Part shown: positions 62,556 to 64,000 of the stretch, piece by piece
Numbering within the stretch: position 1 is the stretch's first letter
Layout of the letters: each line of letters begins with the position of its first letter
Assembly (NCBI GenBank): GCA_965209035.1
Contig: OZ242372.1
Location: 1,120,001 to 1,184,000, forward strand
From: Gammaproteobacteria bacterium
GTDB lineage: Bacteria > Pseudomonadota > Gammaproteobacteria > CBDBNL01 > JAAOII01
DNA length: 64,000 nt
Reading direction: 5' to 3'
Made by a program: the position numbers and the translations under genes
Notes under the pieces: model-generated
What the model was told of the DNA's origin: nothing
What the model saw: the letters and a program-made list of their open reading frames with translations, nothing else
Database searches by the model: none

Positions 62556-63611
62556 TCAAATTTGATAACCAAATATTGTATGATCCCACCCATTTCTGGA
62601 CTTTTGTTGTTTTTGCAAAAACTGGATTGGCGAGAGTTGTTTGAGAGCATAATGGGGACGTTCCAGATTATACCAAGCCAACCACTCGATGAGTTTGGCG
62701 TTGAATGCTGGCATATCCTTAACCAAGAGATGCCGCATATGACAACCGAACTCTTCCCAGAGAGTGCGATTAAACCGTTCGCAGTGTGCATTCATTTGCG
62801 GTTTCCTTGGATAGGTATACCAGTGGGTGCTGCCGTTTGCGGTCACGACCCGGTGAAAGTCTTTGGCGAACTCACTGCCATTATCGGTGAGGACTTTTTC
62901 GATCCGAGTGCCGAGTATGTTTTGCATGGCGGTAAAGAGCCGGGCGGAACTGGCCGAAGCAGCCGAGGTGTCGACACTGACCAGTGAGAAGCGGGAAAAT
63001 AGGTCAATGCCGACATGCCAATAAAAGCGCCGGCCATCGACGATGCGGACGAGCGTATCAAAGGCAACACATTCACCTCTCCGGCCCGCAACAAAGCGGG
63101 TGTCCTTGCGCTCGCGCGGAGCACCATGCCGCGGGCGTTTCGGCACGGACCGCGATGGTTTGCACCGCATCTTATCCGGGTCATCGGCAATGATGCGAGA
63201 GAGCGTTGATTGGCTGGGCAGCGGCAGCCCGCGCTGCTGACACCATTCGGGTAACAAGCAGACCAGTTTACCGGCACCGATGTTCGGACGCTGTTGTCGC
63301 CAAGATCGGATCTTGGTAATCAGTGCCGGTGGCCAGGTGTTGGACCGCTTGGGCTGATACCCATAGTTGTTCGCCAGTTCATCGACCCCGCCTTCACGGA
63401 AACGCCGCTGCCACTCGTAGAATGTAGCACGACTGATCCTGGTATGATCCAACGCGGCCGCGACACCATGTTTGCGCGCGAACGCTAAGGTGTCCAGTTT
63501 TATTTTGGTGGTTTTAGACATGTTTAAATATTGATTTGCTAAAACCACCATTTTATTGAAACCGCGCACGCGATAACCAATGTAGCGTAAACGTGTTCCT
63601 CTCATTTCCAA
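62556..63611 (-). CDS. IS481-family transposase, copy 3
   Basis: Same core; C-terminus IFGYQI* comes from the flank. Confidence 0.9.
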   Translation of the reverse strand: MEMRGTRLRYIGYRVRGFNKMVVLANQYLNMSKTTKIKLDTLAFARKHGVAAALDHTRISRATFYEWQRRFREGGVDELANNYGYQPKRSNTWPPALITKIRSWRQQRPNIGAGKLVCLLPEWCQQRGLPLPSQSTLSRIIADDPDKMRCKPSRSVPKRPRHGAPRERKDTRFVAGRRGECVAFDTLVRIVDGRRFYWHVGIDLFSRFSLVSVDTSAASASSARLFTAMQNILGTRIEKVLTDNGSEFAKDFHRVVTANGSTHWYTYPRKPQMNAHCERFNRTLWEEFGCHMRHLLVKDMPAFNAKLIEWLAWYNLERPHYALKQLSPIQFLQKQQKSRNGWDHTIFGYQI

Positions 63612-63875
63612 TGTGCAGTCCGGCTGCCCTCACAAACCATACCGTCTCGCCAGCGGATACACCTAGACAGTTTTATCAACAACAAGCCTCCGCTGTCTGC
63701 GTCGGTGAGAGCAAAACAGCTATCCGTCCTTCTTGCCCGTTTCATTCATCTAGCTCCACATACCGTAGACCTGTTGCCGGATCTATTTTCGACCCGTCCG
63801 ACAGAACATCCGGCTGCTTGATCTGAGGACGCACAATACCAAACTCAGAGTCCAGAACCTTTATGAGATCATGCA
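62577..63875 (-). mobile_element. IS481-family element, copy 3, inverted relative to copies 1 and 2
   Basis: TGTATGATCCCACCC at 62577; GAGATCATGCA ends at 63875. Confidence 0.93.
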
Positions 63876-64000
63876 CACTTTACCGATGTTGTGGCTATGG
63901 GTCAGATGGGCTGTCCGCGCCCCCCTGGGGGCGGCTGTACCGGTTACGAATTGGTGCGTTCGTTGAATTTCAGTGATGCGGGTGCGTATGAGCCGGGTTC
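63876..64000 (+). pseudogene. 3' continuation of interrupted lipoprotein E (runs off window)
   Basis: HFTDVVAMGQMGCPRPPGGGCTGYELVRSLNFSD aligns with the paralog block MGCP..GCxGYELTRSLNFSD. Confidence 0.85.

Overview
Replication-origin region of a gammaproteobacterial chromosome. Core genes: dnaA-dnaN-recF-gyrB; hisS-yfgM-bamB-der-sbcB; lptM-lysA-dapF-DUF484-dapD-ridA-glmS-dapE; hemB; nhaA. A host-associated lifestyle is suggested (inference) by five FN3/thrombospondin-3/GLUG-repeat lipoprotein genes and many IS481-family copies and remnants. Main unusual elements: (1) a 3.2-kb tandem satellite after gyrB carrying 11 consensus and 9 degenerate parS palindromes; (2) three tandem -10/hairpin/terminator units (candidate small RNAs) right after an AT-rich ORF at the window start; (3) an IS481-bounded inversion (59331-62576) that split a lipoprotein gene, reconstructable from a 5-bp target duplication; (4) duplicated Panacea (DUF4065) plus membrane-protein cassettes; (5) a DnaA with an altered box-recognition motif next to an AT-rich region with no canonical DnaA box seen; (6) tandem duplication at every scale from 7 bp to 2.7 kb. 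A putative amino-sugar-acid catabolic cluster lies at 734-7038. All calls come from reading the sequence by eye; no database searches were run.
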